Assembly (NCBI GenBank): GCA_028023455.1 | Contig: JAQFVV010000007.1 | Location: 2,232,001-2,296,000, forward strand | DNA length: 64,000 nucleotides | Direction: 5' to 3' | From: Epiperipatus broadwayi | Lineage: Eukaryota > Animalia > Onychophora | Shown: in pieces, positions 27,421 to 40,500 of the stretch | Layout: every line of letters starts with the position of its first letter | Numbering within the stretch: the stretch's first letter is position 1 | Made by a program: the position numbers and the translations under genes | The notes under the pieces: generated by a model | What the model saw: only the letters and a program-made list of their open reading frames with translations | Told to the model about the DNA's origin: nothing | Database searches by the model: none

Positions 27421-27632
27421 ATACATATATTCATTGGTTTGTAGCAATTAATGCTGAATCTGATAAGGTAATAATTTGAAACAAGCTTATTATTTGAAGT
27501 TTAGGTGAGCTATACAGTAATACTTAAAAATAATCACATGATCACCATTTCATATGCTTGCATATGCTGTATGAAGAGTTTTGTACTTAAAAAATAGGTT
27601 TAGACAATCTATATATAAAACATAATTTGAAT

Positions 27633-27702
27633 TTTTAATCCAAAATTTGTTAATAACATTGCTATTTTAATCCAAAATTTGTTAATAACATTGCTATTTT
27701 AA
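27633..27702. repeat. Perfect 32-bp tandem duplication
   Basis: TTTTAATCCAAAATTTGTTAATAACATTGCTA occurs twice, followed by TTTTAA. Confidence 0.9.
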
Positions 27703-27981
27703 AAATATATATGTGTGGATATATACATATCCAGTTCTGAAAAGTTGTCATTATTTAATGAAACAATGACATGATTTAAATCACTTTTTTTTTTTTACAA
27801 ATTCTATAGCATAAGTAATCAATATGATTCTTATAAATCTAACAAAAATGAAAAGTTTGCACTAGCCATTAACAATCTTCAAAACAAAATACAACCTCAA
27901 ATGTTTATAGTTATATCATTTTTTATTCTATTTATTTCAAACAACAAACAAACAAACAAGCATCAAAAGTTAAAAACCTAC

Positions 27982-28133
27982 CTGTCCAGATAAAGCAGAA
28001 CCTCCTGTAGAAAATGTATCTGTAAAGCTCGAATAGCCATAACTATTTCTGTTTTCACAAGAAGGATTTGGAGCTACGCTTTGATGAAGGTTACTTGATG
28101 GAAAAGCATGTGGTCGGTGAATTGTAGAAGTTT
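27982..28133 (-). CDS. Internal coding exon of an unidentified host gene (Ser/Thr/Pro-rich)
   Basis: The acceptor is ttatttacag| and the donor is CAG|gtaggt. The 152 nt are open in phase 1 to 0: (x)TSTIHRPHAFPSSNLHQSVAPNPSCENRNSYGYSSFTDTFSTGGSALSGQ. GC content is above the flanks and it does not resemble a TE motif. Confidence 0.7.
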
Positions 28134-28238
28134 CTGTAAATAACCATGTTTAATATGAATTAAAATGTGCAAAAAAAAATAGATTGGAAAAGAAAAAGAA
28201 ATACCAATAGAGAAAATATAAATAAAAATAATTGTTTT

Positions 28239-28300
28239 ACAGGCAAATTAATTGTTTTCCTTGTTTATATACAGGCAAATTAATTGTTTTCTGTGTTTAT
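28239..28300. repeat. Near-perfect 32-bp tandem duplication
   Basis: ACAGGCAAATTAATTGTTTTC... occurs at 28239 and 28271. Confidence 0.85.
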
Positions 28301-29727
28301 TTATTAAATTAACTAAAAATGTTTATAATAAAATAGGTAGCACATATAAACAGATATATTTTTAAATCCCTGTTTTAAACAATTTTTCATTTGATTTAGT
28401 AATTAAATGCCATAACCATAAAATGGTAATAAAAAAGAGAAAGAAATTATCAATGCATGAATATATGTTTAATTTAAAGAACTTTTCCCAAAGAGATGTT
28501 TTCTGAAGTAAGTAAATACAGTATTTTAATCTTTGCACAAAATTACAAAATAAGTTTAACTTTTTTTTTTAACTGGATAAATTTTATATTTATCAAGAAA
28601 TTTTATTGTGAGCTCAAAGAATTACATTATTGCAATAACAGAGTTATGTTGTTAACAGATACTATAATAAAGGTCACGTAGCCCAGTATCAATAGTCTGG
28701 GTGTAAAAAATCAACTGTTCAATCACAAATTGTTCATTGCTACAAGGTTCCATGTAGCATTGTAGATGTATGTTGGAGCTAATTTTTAATCTCTGTTTCT
28801 GATGGCCTGAAGTTTTGCCAGAAGTAATTTTTTATGGTCAACCATGGCCATAAATGAGTGCAGATCTAGTTTAACAATAGGCAAACAGCAGAAAAGTTAT
28901 GATTCTTATGGATGGAAATATCCCATTGGATATGCTAGAAATCAGTCCAGTGAGGAGAGGCACTCGAGTTTTGTATATGGATGCAATAAAGTCTCTGTCC
29001 TATTAGAATAATGTACAATGGCTCAGAAAATGTATTATTGTGTCTCATCCCATTTACATAAAGGGCAGACTGGGTCCAAGCATAAGAACCTTCTATGATA
29101 GACCAGAAAATGGCATGTGGGCAATCAAAAAAATAAAAAAAGTTTGGTTCGAGATGCCATCTTTTAAACTTTTTTTAATTATTGAATGATTGGGAAGGGT
29201 TAGCAATGATGGGATTGGGGAGATTTCTTCATTAATTAGGTGTTAGGCATCCCAGTACAAAATTTTCTGTGAGTTAACCTGAATAAGTAGAGGGATAAAT
29301 TTTGCAATATTTAACAATAAGGATGCCAACCAACACCTCACAAGAGAAGGAGGGGATGTCTGTAGGACAAACAGATGTAAAGTATGAAGCTTCCAAAAAA
29401 TGTCAAGATAGGTTAAGAATGATGTTATGTGTGTATACTGGAAACAGAAGGATAAAAAAGAGTGCAATGATAACCCATTGAGTTTTGTGTGCCTATGGAG
29501 ATTCCTCAGGCTGATGGCGACAATCTTGCCCTTCCACATAAGTCTTCCACATAGTGAATTTATCTTTCTAATGAATCTTTGGGAAAAATTAATAAATCAG
29601 CATGTAATAAGAGATCCCTGGGAACACCAGGATTCTGAGCAGTGAAGTTTTTTGCATATAGTGAAAAATAAACTTTGGATAAGGAGAAGAGAGTCCTGCA
29701 TGTTTCTCCTTATTGAAAGGAGTGAGC

Positions 29728-30424
29728 TGTAGATTGGGAGGCCAGAAAATTTTGGACATGGTAGTAAAAGGAGAAGAGGTGGTGTTCCCAGAGGATATCT
29801 TCCATGCTGAGGATTTATTTAAAGGTAAATCCCAACTCAGAAGAAAAGGCATGGAGAATTTTGACAAGCTTTGGGATTAGTCTTTGTGATGAGAAAAAAA
29901 CAGCCAGGTCATCTATGTATGCTATGTGAAGGATTGATCTATTGAGGGTGGGTATGAATATTCCAGGAAGGTCTTGTTCAAGTCTAATTAATAGAGGGTT
30001 ACTTTAGATTATAAATAGCAGGGCACTCAGAGGAGAGCCCTGCAGAATAGAATTTGTTGGGATAAAAGATGATGTAGATTGGGAAGAGCAGAAATTTTTG
30101 GGACATGGCAGTAAAAGGAGAGGGGATGATGTTTCCAGAAGACAACTTCCATGCCAAAGATTTATTTAAATTAAAGGAAAATCCCAACTTGGAAGAAAAG
30201 GAATGGAGAATTTTGACAAGCTTTGGGATTAGTCTTTGTGATGAGAGAAAAACAGCCAGGTCATCCATGTATGCTATGAGGGGGGATTGATCTATTGAGG
30301 GTGGGTATGAATATTCCAGAGAGGTCTTGTTTAAGTTTAATTAACAGAGGGTTAATCTAGATTATAAATAGCAGGGCACTCAGAGGAGATCCCTGTGGAA
30401 TAGAATTTGTTGGGATAAAAGATG
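29728..30424. repeat. About 345-350 bp tandem duplication of the LINE RT core
   Basis: 29728-30071 and 30073-30424 are homologous. Each contains the YxDD motif, and they are visibly diverged with substitutions and small indels. Confidence 0.9.
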
Positions 30425-31855
30425 GTGAGATCCTTCCATTCAGGGAGATAAAAATGCCCCTATTGTTAAGGAAATTTGCTATATATTTATTATCCCAGAT
30501 GGGATATCATGTTTGGCAAGAAGGTTGATGAAGCAACATGTTCTGATGGAGTTGAAGGTACCAGCAATGTCCACCTGAATGACTACTGGTTCATATTTCC
30601 CCATGATTCTGGTGTAATCCACTACTATCTTTAATAATGCTATTGCATCAGTTGTTGAAGAACCTTTCATGGCAAACTGGTACTGGGATATGAATGGAAA
30701 GACCTTATCCTGTATTTTATCCATGATTATGAATTCCACTACCTTGATCATTAATGGTGTCATAGAGATGGGCCCAAGATTCTCAAAGGGGTGAGGTAAT
30801 GTATCCTTCTTGAGAAAATGCACCATCCCTATAGGGTACAGTTCACCTATGTCAAGGGGTTTTGTAGATATGAGATCAACCATTTTATCTATGATTGGAA
30901 CTGAAAATGTTTCAAGGTGAAGAAGGATAAATCATCGGATAGCATTAAGACCCAGATGCATTTTCTTCAGCATAGAGGATAGTTTCATACTAATATCTTT
31001 TTCAGTTATGCCATGATTTATAGTTGTGGATTCCTTAAGATTAGGATGATTTGACTCATGAGGATATTTGGTTAATTTGACTTTGAAAAAGTTAAGAATT
31101 TGTGTGATCATGCTGTTACCAGCATAGAGCTTATTGTCAATTATGATAGAGGAGGGTGTGTTTACTTTATCCTTGTGGCCCAGAGCTCACCTAATGTAAC
31201 CCCTGGACCAGTTATGGTGCTGGTTTAGGAAGATTCTTGATTTTTTTTATGTAGTCAGCAATGGCTTGTTCATTCATTTTGTGTCATTGCTTAAGATTAA
31301 GGATTAGCTCTATTGAAGCAGGGACTGCAGGTATCTGTTTCAAGGTGTTGCTGATTAAATCCATTTTGTGTAGGAGGGAAGAGATCCTAGGCTGTGTAAA
31401 AAGAAATTATTGTATTCAAAGTATAGATGAATGTGAACCACACCTCTACATATGTTGATTTTTCTGAAATATATGTAACACTCAGATAAAATTGCATCTG
31501 GGGCAGTGGTTTTGAGTAGGATATGAATAGATGACTTCAAGCCTCATATGACTATGGAAACTGGTCAATTGACAAATTGATCACTAGTGCCAGGTAGTCT
31601 GAGAAAGGAACAGGTTTGAGGGAGTGATCAATGATGAAATGGAGGTTTGGGGAGTACTAATCCAAATCTATGAGGGTCGCATATTGCTTAGTGTAGTAGG
31701 AGAAGGCTTCAGTGGGAAAGAAGCCCTCTGCACATATAAGTGGGGTGTTTATGAGATGAATGTATCTGGAAGTGATTGTAAGTAGTATTAAAGTCCCCAA
31801 ACATTAGTGTAGGATAGGGGTTGGATCCGAGAGATAAATTTATTTGTTGGATTAA

Positions 31856-32601
31856 CCCTTTTCCCGCCTCTTACGAGGCTCCTCGTAGACATCTGACATC
31901 ACTCTAACTCTGCGAGTTTTTATACGAAAATATTCGTTCAATATGTTTTTAAATAGGTTTTTAAAAGTTCTATAAGATGGTGCCCTCTTCCGAATTCTTT
32001 TACAAGTAAAAAATAAAAAAAAACTGCATTTAAAGCTAAACAAAGAAAGAAGCTTATTGGTGATTGGCTCTCAGCCAGTTCTCAGCTGACAAAGACATTC
32101 TGATTGGCTGGAAAAAACAAAGAAACCACCTGATCAAAGAAAATAAAGATAAATGCTGAGATTTTCATTTCGAATGTGATTTAAGTATTAAAAAAAGTAT
32201 AATTTGACGAATTAAAAATAATTTTTAAAAAATAAACTAAAAAAAAATTATTTTCGAAAAATATCGAAGATTTTTGTAAAAATATTGAAGCTGTAGTAAA
32301 AGGAAATATTTACTTTTCTATAATGTAAAAGTCGATCTTTTTGTTTATATTATAGCTTTTATGTTGCCGAAATTGAATATTTTAGAATAAATAAATAGCA
32401 ATTTATTTTTGAAAGAACTTTCGTTCTCTTCATAACCTGAAAAATTAATAATATACTTTTTATAAACGTATCTGAGTTAAATTTAATATTATAGGTGAAT
32501 ATGTTTTAACGATAGGCTTTGTCTTCAGTTTGTGAGTTGGCCAATTAAAAGATTTGATTTTTACCTCATACAACCAATAATATAATTAGCGGTTAAAAGG
32601 T
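31856..32601. mobile_element. Non-autonomous piggyBac-type element (746 bp)
   Basis: The ends read TTAA|CCCTTTTCCCGC ... GCGGTTAAAAGGG|TTAA, with the TSD at 31852-31855 and 32602-32605. Removing it rejoins the LINE endonuclease frame (IYSLIQQINLSLGSNPYPTLM). Confidence 0.8.
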
Positions 32602-34879
32602 TAATGAGTAAATTAACGTTAAGTCTCTCTTGAGGTAAACAAAGACAATGTTCAACTTAGGGGTCTGGTAAGATAATGTTGTGATTAGGAGATATTGATT
32701 GATGAAATTTATTTTATATGATTTGGATGGTGAATATTTAGGAATGAGTATTGCAATACCTGCAGAGAGGTGAGTTGAAGTCAAGTGATGAAAGAACCCT
32801 AGATTGGCAATTTTAATTAGTGATTGTGGATTTTAGCATGAGTGAAGCTTAGTTTCTGCAAGACAGGTGATATGAGGTTTAAATTGGTAAATCCAATTTG
32901 TAATTGATTCTATTCTTCCCATCAAGTTCAAACCATGGACATTAAAGCCAGAAAATTTGAGATTCATGTGGCCCAGACTGCCACAGTTAAGTTGACCTTT
33001 GTCAGATTTAATCAATGAGTGCATGTATGGTTGAGATATTGGAGGGAATTTAAATTCATTACTTTCACACTGACTTGGTTATAGTTTTGTCATCCCTAGC
33101 ATCCACTCTTTGATTTGCACCATTAGAGTGGGCCTTCCCAATCAACTCTTTTAACTTTTTGACCCTTTTTTTTTTTCAACCATCTCAAAAAAAATTCTGT
33201 TGCAAAGTTTATATATATACTACACATTCATTTGGATTAGATATTTAAAGAAGAAACTTATATTAAATCAATGCAAAATTGAAAGGTTAATCTCTGGATG
33301 TAATGTGATTTTTAAGCATAAAAAATAATAGATGAGGTTTGATCCAGGAGCTTTTAATTCTTCACAACTCTCTATTGCCACTAAACTCTGAATTATAATT
33401 AGTTTACTACTTTAGAACTGATGTGTAATCTCTATTCCAATATCTTCTTCTTGCCTGTAGGATGACAATTAAAACTGTCTGCCTTGTTTATTCTATTATA
33501 ATGTAGAAGTCTTACCAAAATCATTTATTGATTATCCTAATCATGCAAATTATTTTAAAAGCTTAGTGGGAGGTCAGATAAATAATTATGACCTTAAATA
33601 CTAACAGAATCTAGAATGATGAAAGTCTATTTTTCATTATATTGAAGCATGTGCAACTTTTTCAAGTGGCTGATTAATATTCCTCTTTCTCAAAAATTCA
33701 AAATGAAGTTATTTCTCAACAGCAGCAATGTACTCTCCTAATGAATTAATTCAAAAAATTTGAATTAAAAATCCTGATTTAAAACTCATTATTCTCTCTA
33801 AATTATTATTGATTTCATCAATCTCTTAGCCAGTTTCAATAACAAAGATTGTCCAATAATTAATTATAAGAATAATAGACAATAATATTTTTTCACTTTT
33901 AGTAGTCAGTGTTAGGACTTGCTATTATGTAGTAACTAGTGCTTATGGTTTGGTGTTCAAATTTAGGTATAAAATTCCAGATCATTAAAAATTTTCTGAA
34001 GCTAATTTGAAATTTTTTAGCTATGCAATCCACAACTAGCATAACACATTATTTCACCTGTCAGAAGCCAGGAAATATACCACTAACCAATCATTTTACC
34101 TTTATTGATATTTTTCTACTGCTCTTCACTCTTTTCCAAAACTATAACATAAAATTTTATGAGTTTTTATATCATCAAAATATATAGACCAATGATAATG
34201 GATAAAAAAAGTAATGTGGTCAGTTGAACATAAAATTCAGATTCTACATAATAATTTCAATATGATATTATCTTCATTGCTAATAAGGAAAGCATGATGC
34301 ATCTTTGGGTGTTGAATCTAGCATTCACTATTTAACAATTTTACCATTTTAACATAAATAAAATTATGTATTTATTGAAGAAATTATAGTTTGTTTTTTA
34401 AATGTGACATTAAACTTTGCTATCATTTATTTATATTATAAATAACTTTTGTTTAGCCAAACATAAAGAATTTACAAGACTGTCATATTACTGAAATATA
34501 GATTTCTCTTCATAATTATGTGGTGAATTAAAACTTCAAATAAGACACAAGCATGCTCTGAAAGCAACATATGGACATGAGAAACAGTAAATTTTCTATT
34601 AAATTCAGAAATGGTACTTTCTTATATAATGCTATTTTGAATAGATGAAAGAAGTATTTTGATAATCTCTTGAATAATGATATAAGAATTGAAAACTTTT
34701 GATGATATACCCATTTTATCTACTCATTTAAAGTTAGACAAAGATATCCAGCTTTTAAAAATGGAACACTTCAGATACCTGGAAAGTTTTAAAATATGAC
34801 ATGGTGATATGTTAGCTTCAAAATATTGACATTTTTAAAGAAATATATAGAACCATAAATTTGTAATACTTATTATTAA

Positions 34880-37560
34880 GATGCTTCTATTGTTACAATT
34901 TTTAAAAAATAAAAGAAATAGACATGATTACATTAAATATCATAAAATATTATTATTATCCAATATAGCAAAAGTGTTTTTCTTGTATAAGTTGTTTCTA
35001 GTCACAGATAAATGGTTACCACAGACTCAATGTGATTTTTGTTGCCAGTTAATTGCAATGGAAGTACCGGGAAACAGTTGTTTTTATTGATTTGGTTAAG
35101 ATATTTGATTTAGTTAATTAAACAGTTTATAACATTATTTGATATTAGTTGATTGTCCATCAAAATTTATTCCTATTATACAGCTCCTACATAATGAAAT
35201 GAAAGGAAATATTATTACTATAGATAAAAAATCGGAGGTATTTGAAATGAAAATTGGTGTTAATGAAGGGTGTGTACTTTCTCAAACATAGTTTTCAATT
35301 TTTATGACAATAGTTATAATTGACTATAGGTTGATTAATAAAGAATGATTGGGATATGATACAGGTTTGATGGTGGAATTTTTAATTTTAATTACTTTAA
35401 AACATTCTTTTTGGATTCTAGATTTGTAGTATGCTGATGATTATGCTATTTGCGCTAATCCAAAATATAATTTATGTAATATACATAATATTTAAAGTAA
35501 TCAAGTCACTATTGGAGTTCAACTTCTGAACTGACAATTTCAAGAATTTCAGCACTTTTTATAAGTTGTGTTTGTCTGATCATGGGTGGTTAAAAATGAG
35601 ATACTGTTTTTCTCCTGCAATAGGTTAAATAGATTTGTACAATTCAAAACTTGATTATAACATAAGGCACACAATAGATTCAAGTCCTGATTTAGCATGG
35701 TCAGTGAAAGTTGGTGTATTTATAGAAATGCACTCTAAACTTAAGTGATTCACTTAAGTTTTTTAAATTTTTACGGATGTGTCATTTAAAATAATAGCGC
35801 ATTATTGTAATTTGACTTCCGATCTAACAATTTCATAATATTTCAAATGCAAACATATAAAGATTTTGATCTATTAATTAATGTTCCAAAAACTTAAATT
35901 CTTTATCAGCCATTGATAGAAGAAAAATCTGCAACAAATTTTAATTTGGATGGTTATGAACTTGAAGATGAAAATAAATTTTATGAGTAAAAAGGTGGAT
36001 TTGCATGTCAAGGTTTAACACAGATTTATAATATGTTGTTGCTCAATGTATTTCCTTACAAAAAAATAATAATGTTAACTGCATATAGTGAGAGAAAAAA
36101 AATCTGCAGCAACTTTAACTTAAGAATGTAAAGCAATTTAAATACATTGGTAGTTTTATAAGTAGAAAAGTAAGCTAAGATGTTGAAATATAATACAGAT
36201 TCCAATATACTATTGCAGGTATCCCAATTTTTTCATATCTTAGAGCACATTATAAAATACTGATAAGTGACAGGCACAATCTTATTTCAAACTATATTTA
36301 TAGTATTTATATAGAACAGATTAGAAAAATTAAAAAATTAAAAAAATATTTTTCTTTTATTTTTTCATAATACTGATAAAGTTATTTTTTAGTTTCTAAA
36401 TTACGTCAGTAAAAATTAGGTTTTAAAAAAGTTTTCAGGTGCCATTGACAACAAAAAATTTAATGTTATATTAAAATTATCTTTTTTTTTTTTCAAAACT
36501 AAGAAAAATGTGTTTAAGATTTAATAATTCACAACTGTTCCTTGTATTATAAATTTAGGCAAAGTAATTGTGAGTTTTTAAGACTTCCTTTTGTATAAAT
36601 ACTAGTAAAATAAAATATAAAGAAAATTATATTTCTAAAAAAAATACTTTTAATTTTGTTTGAATTACAAATTTAACAGAAAACATGTTACAATAATGAT
36701 TACAATTCGTAGCTGCAGTGTGAACTCTTGTTGGCATTGTAGATGGCGTTATGTCTGCTACACATATTGCTGATTTTGTTTTTATATTATATTATTAATT
36801 ACCAACTGTTGACTTGTATTGCATTGCTGTTGCTTGAAAAACATTACATCTGCAATAATGGCATCACTTTCTTGGCTTCTGGTAACTGGTTAAAATGAAA
36901 TTTAAGTAAATCTTTTCTATGGTTATCAAATAGTGATGGACACATATAAATCAGTCAATGGGTGAATTTGTGCCAATGAGTATAGGGTTGGGAACCCCTG
37001 TGCTACTGTTTTTAATAAATTAAAAAATAATGTTTCATTACAGGGAAATAACTAATGCATCTAAGTTAACTGTATCTGGAGCTGTTATTTGGCTTCATTT
37101 ATTGTATGGAAATGAGACATGGATACCCTATCAATGTAAATAAAGGCATTAAAAAAATGTCATTTAAGAATGCTCTAACAAAATTTTAAAAATATAATGG
37201 CTAAATCATATAACTAATCAATATGTTTGTCAACTTACTAGTTGTATTCCTATACAATCCACTACTGTAAAAATTGCACTTTCATTGGGTTGTACATATA
37301 AAAAGGATAAACAATGTAAGACTTCCTAAAATAATGTTCTATGATAAATTGAAACATGGTTGCCATGGATGAGATAGACCATGTCTATGGTATAAGGATT
37401 ATCTCAAAAATATTCCAAAGAAAAGCAATATTGATTGTTTTCAAATATATGGCAGAAAAGACAATATATTGGATAGCTACAATTAGACATAGTAGTTTGT
37501 GGCTGATGAAATTCAAAGACAGAATTGCAAAATATAAAAGAAACAAGATGAACCAGCTTG
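34880..37560 (+). mobile_element. Fragmented RTE-type LINE remnant
   Basis: Pieces read ILLLSNIAKVF...WLPQTQCDF, FEMKIGVNEGCVLS, YADD, LLYGNETW and RLPKIMFYDKLKHG, typical of RTE RT and C-terminus. Unrelated sequence is interleaved. Confidence 0.65.
36706..36890 (-). other. Candidate host exon region (frame unresolved)
   Basis: The acceptor tttcattttaaccag| is followed by an 83-nt open frame TRSQESDAIIADVMFFKQQQCNTSQQL|gtaatt. An adjacent open stretch reads ICVADITPSTMPTRVHTAATN. It does not join the 28-kb exon cleanly. Confidence 0.25.
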
Positions 37561-40500
37561 TTTTAGATGTGAAATTATTTGTGTTTCACAGATTGGTTTG
37601 TATAATTATTGTAAAATTTAATTCTAGAGCAGTTTTTTTTTTATTTCTTTCATTTCTTGGAATTCAAATGGCTATATTCGTTGCTTTGTGGCTATAATAT
37701 ATACATATATAATACAGTAATATATTTGTAATTATAATGGACAAGATTAATCATAAATAAATAATTATGTAATGTCCCATCTTTGTAAATATTTTTGTAA
37801 ACAGGATTTTTTAACTTTTACTTTATCCCATTGGCTATCCAAGGGTACTGAGAACATTTAATTCTAAATATAGTGATAAGACACATAAAAAAAATTATTT
37901 AAAGCCAATTAAAAATAAAAGAACGTGCAATCATATGATGTAAGGATGAAAGAATGCAAATACATTTTTATCTTAATTCATTTTGATTCTCTAATTAAAA
38001 CAAAGATAAAATTTTATACATAATTTATCTATTTTTTATTATGTTTTATATAAAATGGTTACGTATTTATTTTAAATAAATATAGGAAATTTATAATTAC
38101 ATTTTATTAGATATAATAATATTTTATCAGTAAATTGCCATTAGAAAGATAAATTTAAATGCCTTCTGTCCAACATTTTCTTAATTTTTTTATAATTCTC
38201 AATTCAATTTTAAAATTTTAAAAAGAATTTTCATTATTCAAAGTTACACTTTATTAAAACATCTACAAAAAATATTAATTTTTAAAACAATCATTATTTA
38301 TTCATTCTAAAACACTTTAATAGCCTGCAGACTAAAATGAAGCCTTACGTATTTGACTATTTACTTGTATATATATATTTGTTTATCAATCCTTTTTTTT
38401 AAGGCAATGTTAATATTTCATTTTTAGGCTAATTTCATTTATTGAATTCATATCTTTAATAAAAAGATGTAATAATAGGTAAATAAAATTAGAAACTAAG
38501 ACTTCATTCAACCAAAAATAAAACTGAAAATTAAATGACAGAATATTATTCAATAGATCTGAAAAATAATTATCTCTGCATTTGTAAATAAATAACATAA
38601 GATTGTTTCTTTTTTTTTTTTTTTAAGGTTTTTCTCCCAAAAAATTAGACAATATAAAAACGTTTTACATCATTTTGTTGTAATCAGTTTTTGAGTTGAA
38701 AATTAAAGTTGAGTATTTAGTATTTCAAAAAGGGACATTACTAGCAATTCCACATTATGATTGAACTCTATCCCACATGCTTTCAGTAGTACATAAATTT
38801 TGAATTAATATTTGTCTAAAAGAACCTTTTGGATCAGTCATATTCTTTTTCTTTATGTCTCTCACCTATTAAAATCCTTATCTTGACTATGAAATTAAAA
38901 ATAGCAAATAAAAAATTGTTATCTAGTTTAAAAATAAAAACTATATAAAAACCTACAAAAAGTTATTTCGTTTTTGAATTAAAAACTGAGTAAATAGTCT
39001 ACAAAAAATATTCACTTTTAAAATTAATGGTTACACAAGCTATTATAACAAGTAATCCTCTAGTTTTTGAAATAAAATATGCATATAACCTTTATAAAAA
39101 TTATTATCTCTATTTTGAATACAAACTATTGAAAACTTTTGTAAAGAATTAATTAACATAAATTTCAGATGTTCATCTAAGGACTATAGTAAATGTAATT
39201 AATGCAATCATAAAATTAAAACCAAAAATAAAAACTGTCAAGACTGAAGATTCCTCCATATAATTTTTATTATTTAACAAATGCATGTATAAAATAATTT
39301 TATTCAAAGCTGTGGGTAATATACGAATTCTTTAACATTTTTCTTCATTTCCTGACATTTTAGTCCATCATTACTTGTTTTTCCATCATTGTCAAAATAT
39401 CTTCATCACATTTCAAAATTATTACACAATATTTTAAAACTAATTATTATAATTAACTATTTATATTTGATAAGTAATTTTTCATATTTTTTTATAATTA
39501 ATAAGTGATTTTTTGCCAAATAAATAAAAAATTAAAACTGTAAATTTACAAACAAAAATAATTAATGGCAAACTAATAAATTACGCAACTTTTAAACTAC
39601 TAAAACATATGAGAATAGATTTTTAAAAATTATGCTTTTGTTACATTATTTTAATCTGTATATTTTTTCTTTATATATTTTCTAAATTATGGGTGAGAAC
39701 TTTTTATCACAATAGAAAAAAATATTTAGTTTAAAATTCTGGAAAATTAAAAAAAAAACGATTAATGATGTCACAAAAAAAAGTGAAAGTGGAACATTTT
39801 ATAATCATTACTTATAAAATAAAAATAAAAAAACTACACAGAGTTACAATTTATATTACTTATTTACAAAAAAAAAAAAAAAATTATCAAATGTAAAAAA
39901 AAAAACTTGCTTTAAAAAGATTATTTATTAAATAAATATATTTCATATTAAAATATTGCATAATAATTTTGAATTATCCATGAGAAGTATAAGTAATATG
40001 TACACAAGGAATATTAAGTAATGTATTGAATGTGATAAAATCTAATGAGATAATTTGTCATGAGATGAAAATGGCATAGAATCATTAGTATCTTAATAAT
40101 TATATATATATATATGTTTTCTTTTATATCATAATGGATCAAATATTCTTATAGAAATAATAAATTTAGCTTCCTTATAGTACTATAATGGTTAAGCTAA
40201 CAGTGATAATTAGTAAAATGAACACTTTTTCTCACTAAATTAATATTTAAAAAACAAATGCAATAGTGGTAGATACTTTTGCCACCTAAATCCTAGCTAT
40301 CAATTTAGATTAGTAACTCAATCTTTAGTGGTAAAAATTTTGCATATATTTACTTATTTAAAAATGTTCCCTATGTATATATACTGCAATAATTTTAGTT
40401 ATAAACCATAAAAGTAAATTTAAAATGTAATTAATGTTAGCATCAAAAAAATTTTACTGTAAAAGTTCTGGGAAATTCTAAGGACTATTCATTTCTCATT

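Larger units (their letters stand above)
28660..33100 (-). mobile_element. Degenerate APE-RT non-LTR retrotransposon (LINE), interrupted by a MITE
   Basis: APE motifs: FNVHGLN...CLAETK, SAGIAILIP, GDFN. RT motifs: PISMTPLMIKVVEFI...YQFAMKGSSTTDAI...DIAGTFNSI and Y(I/M)DDLAVF. The clade was not resolved and the ends are approximate. Confidence 0.85.

Noticed and set aside
35737-35761. Perfect 12-bp palindrome AAACTTAAGTGA-T-TCACTTAAGTTT (a similar 13-bp hairpin lies near 16716-16747)
   Set aside because: It is short, AT-rich and isolated, with no family or context to support a function.
36706-36890. Alternative genetic code (TAA/TAG = Gln) making this a single Q-rich ORF
   Set aside because: The 281-aa RTE ORF and the 28-kb exon have many CAA/CAG Gln codons and no in-frame TAA/TAG, so the standard code fits.
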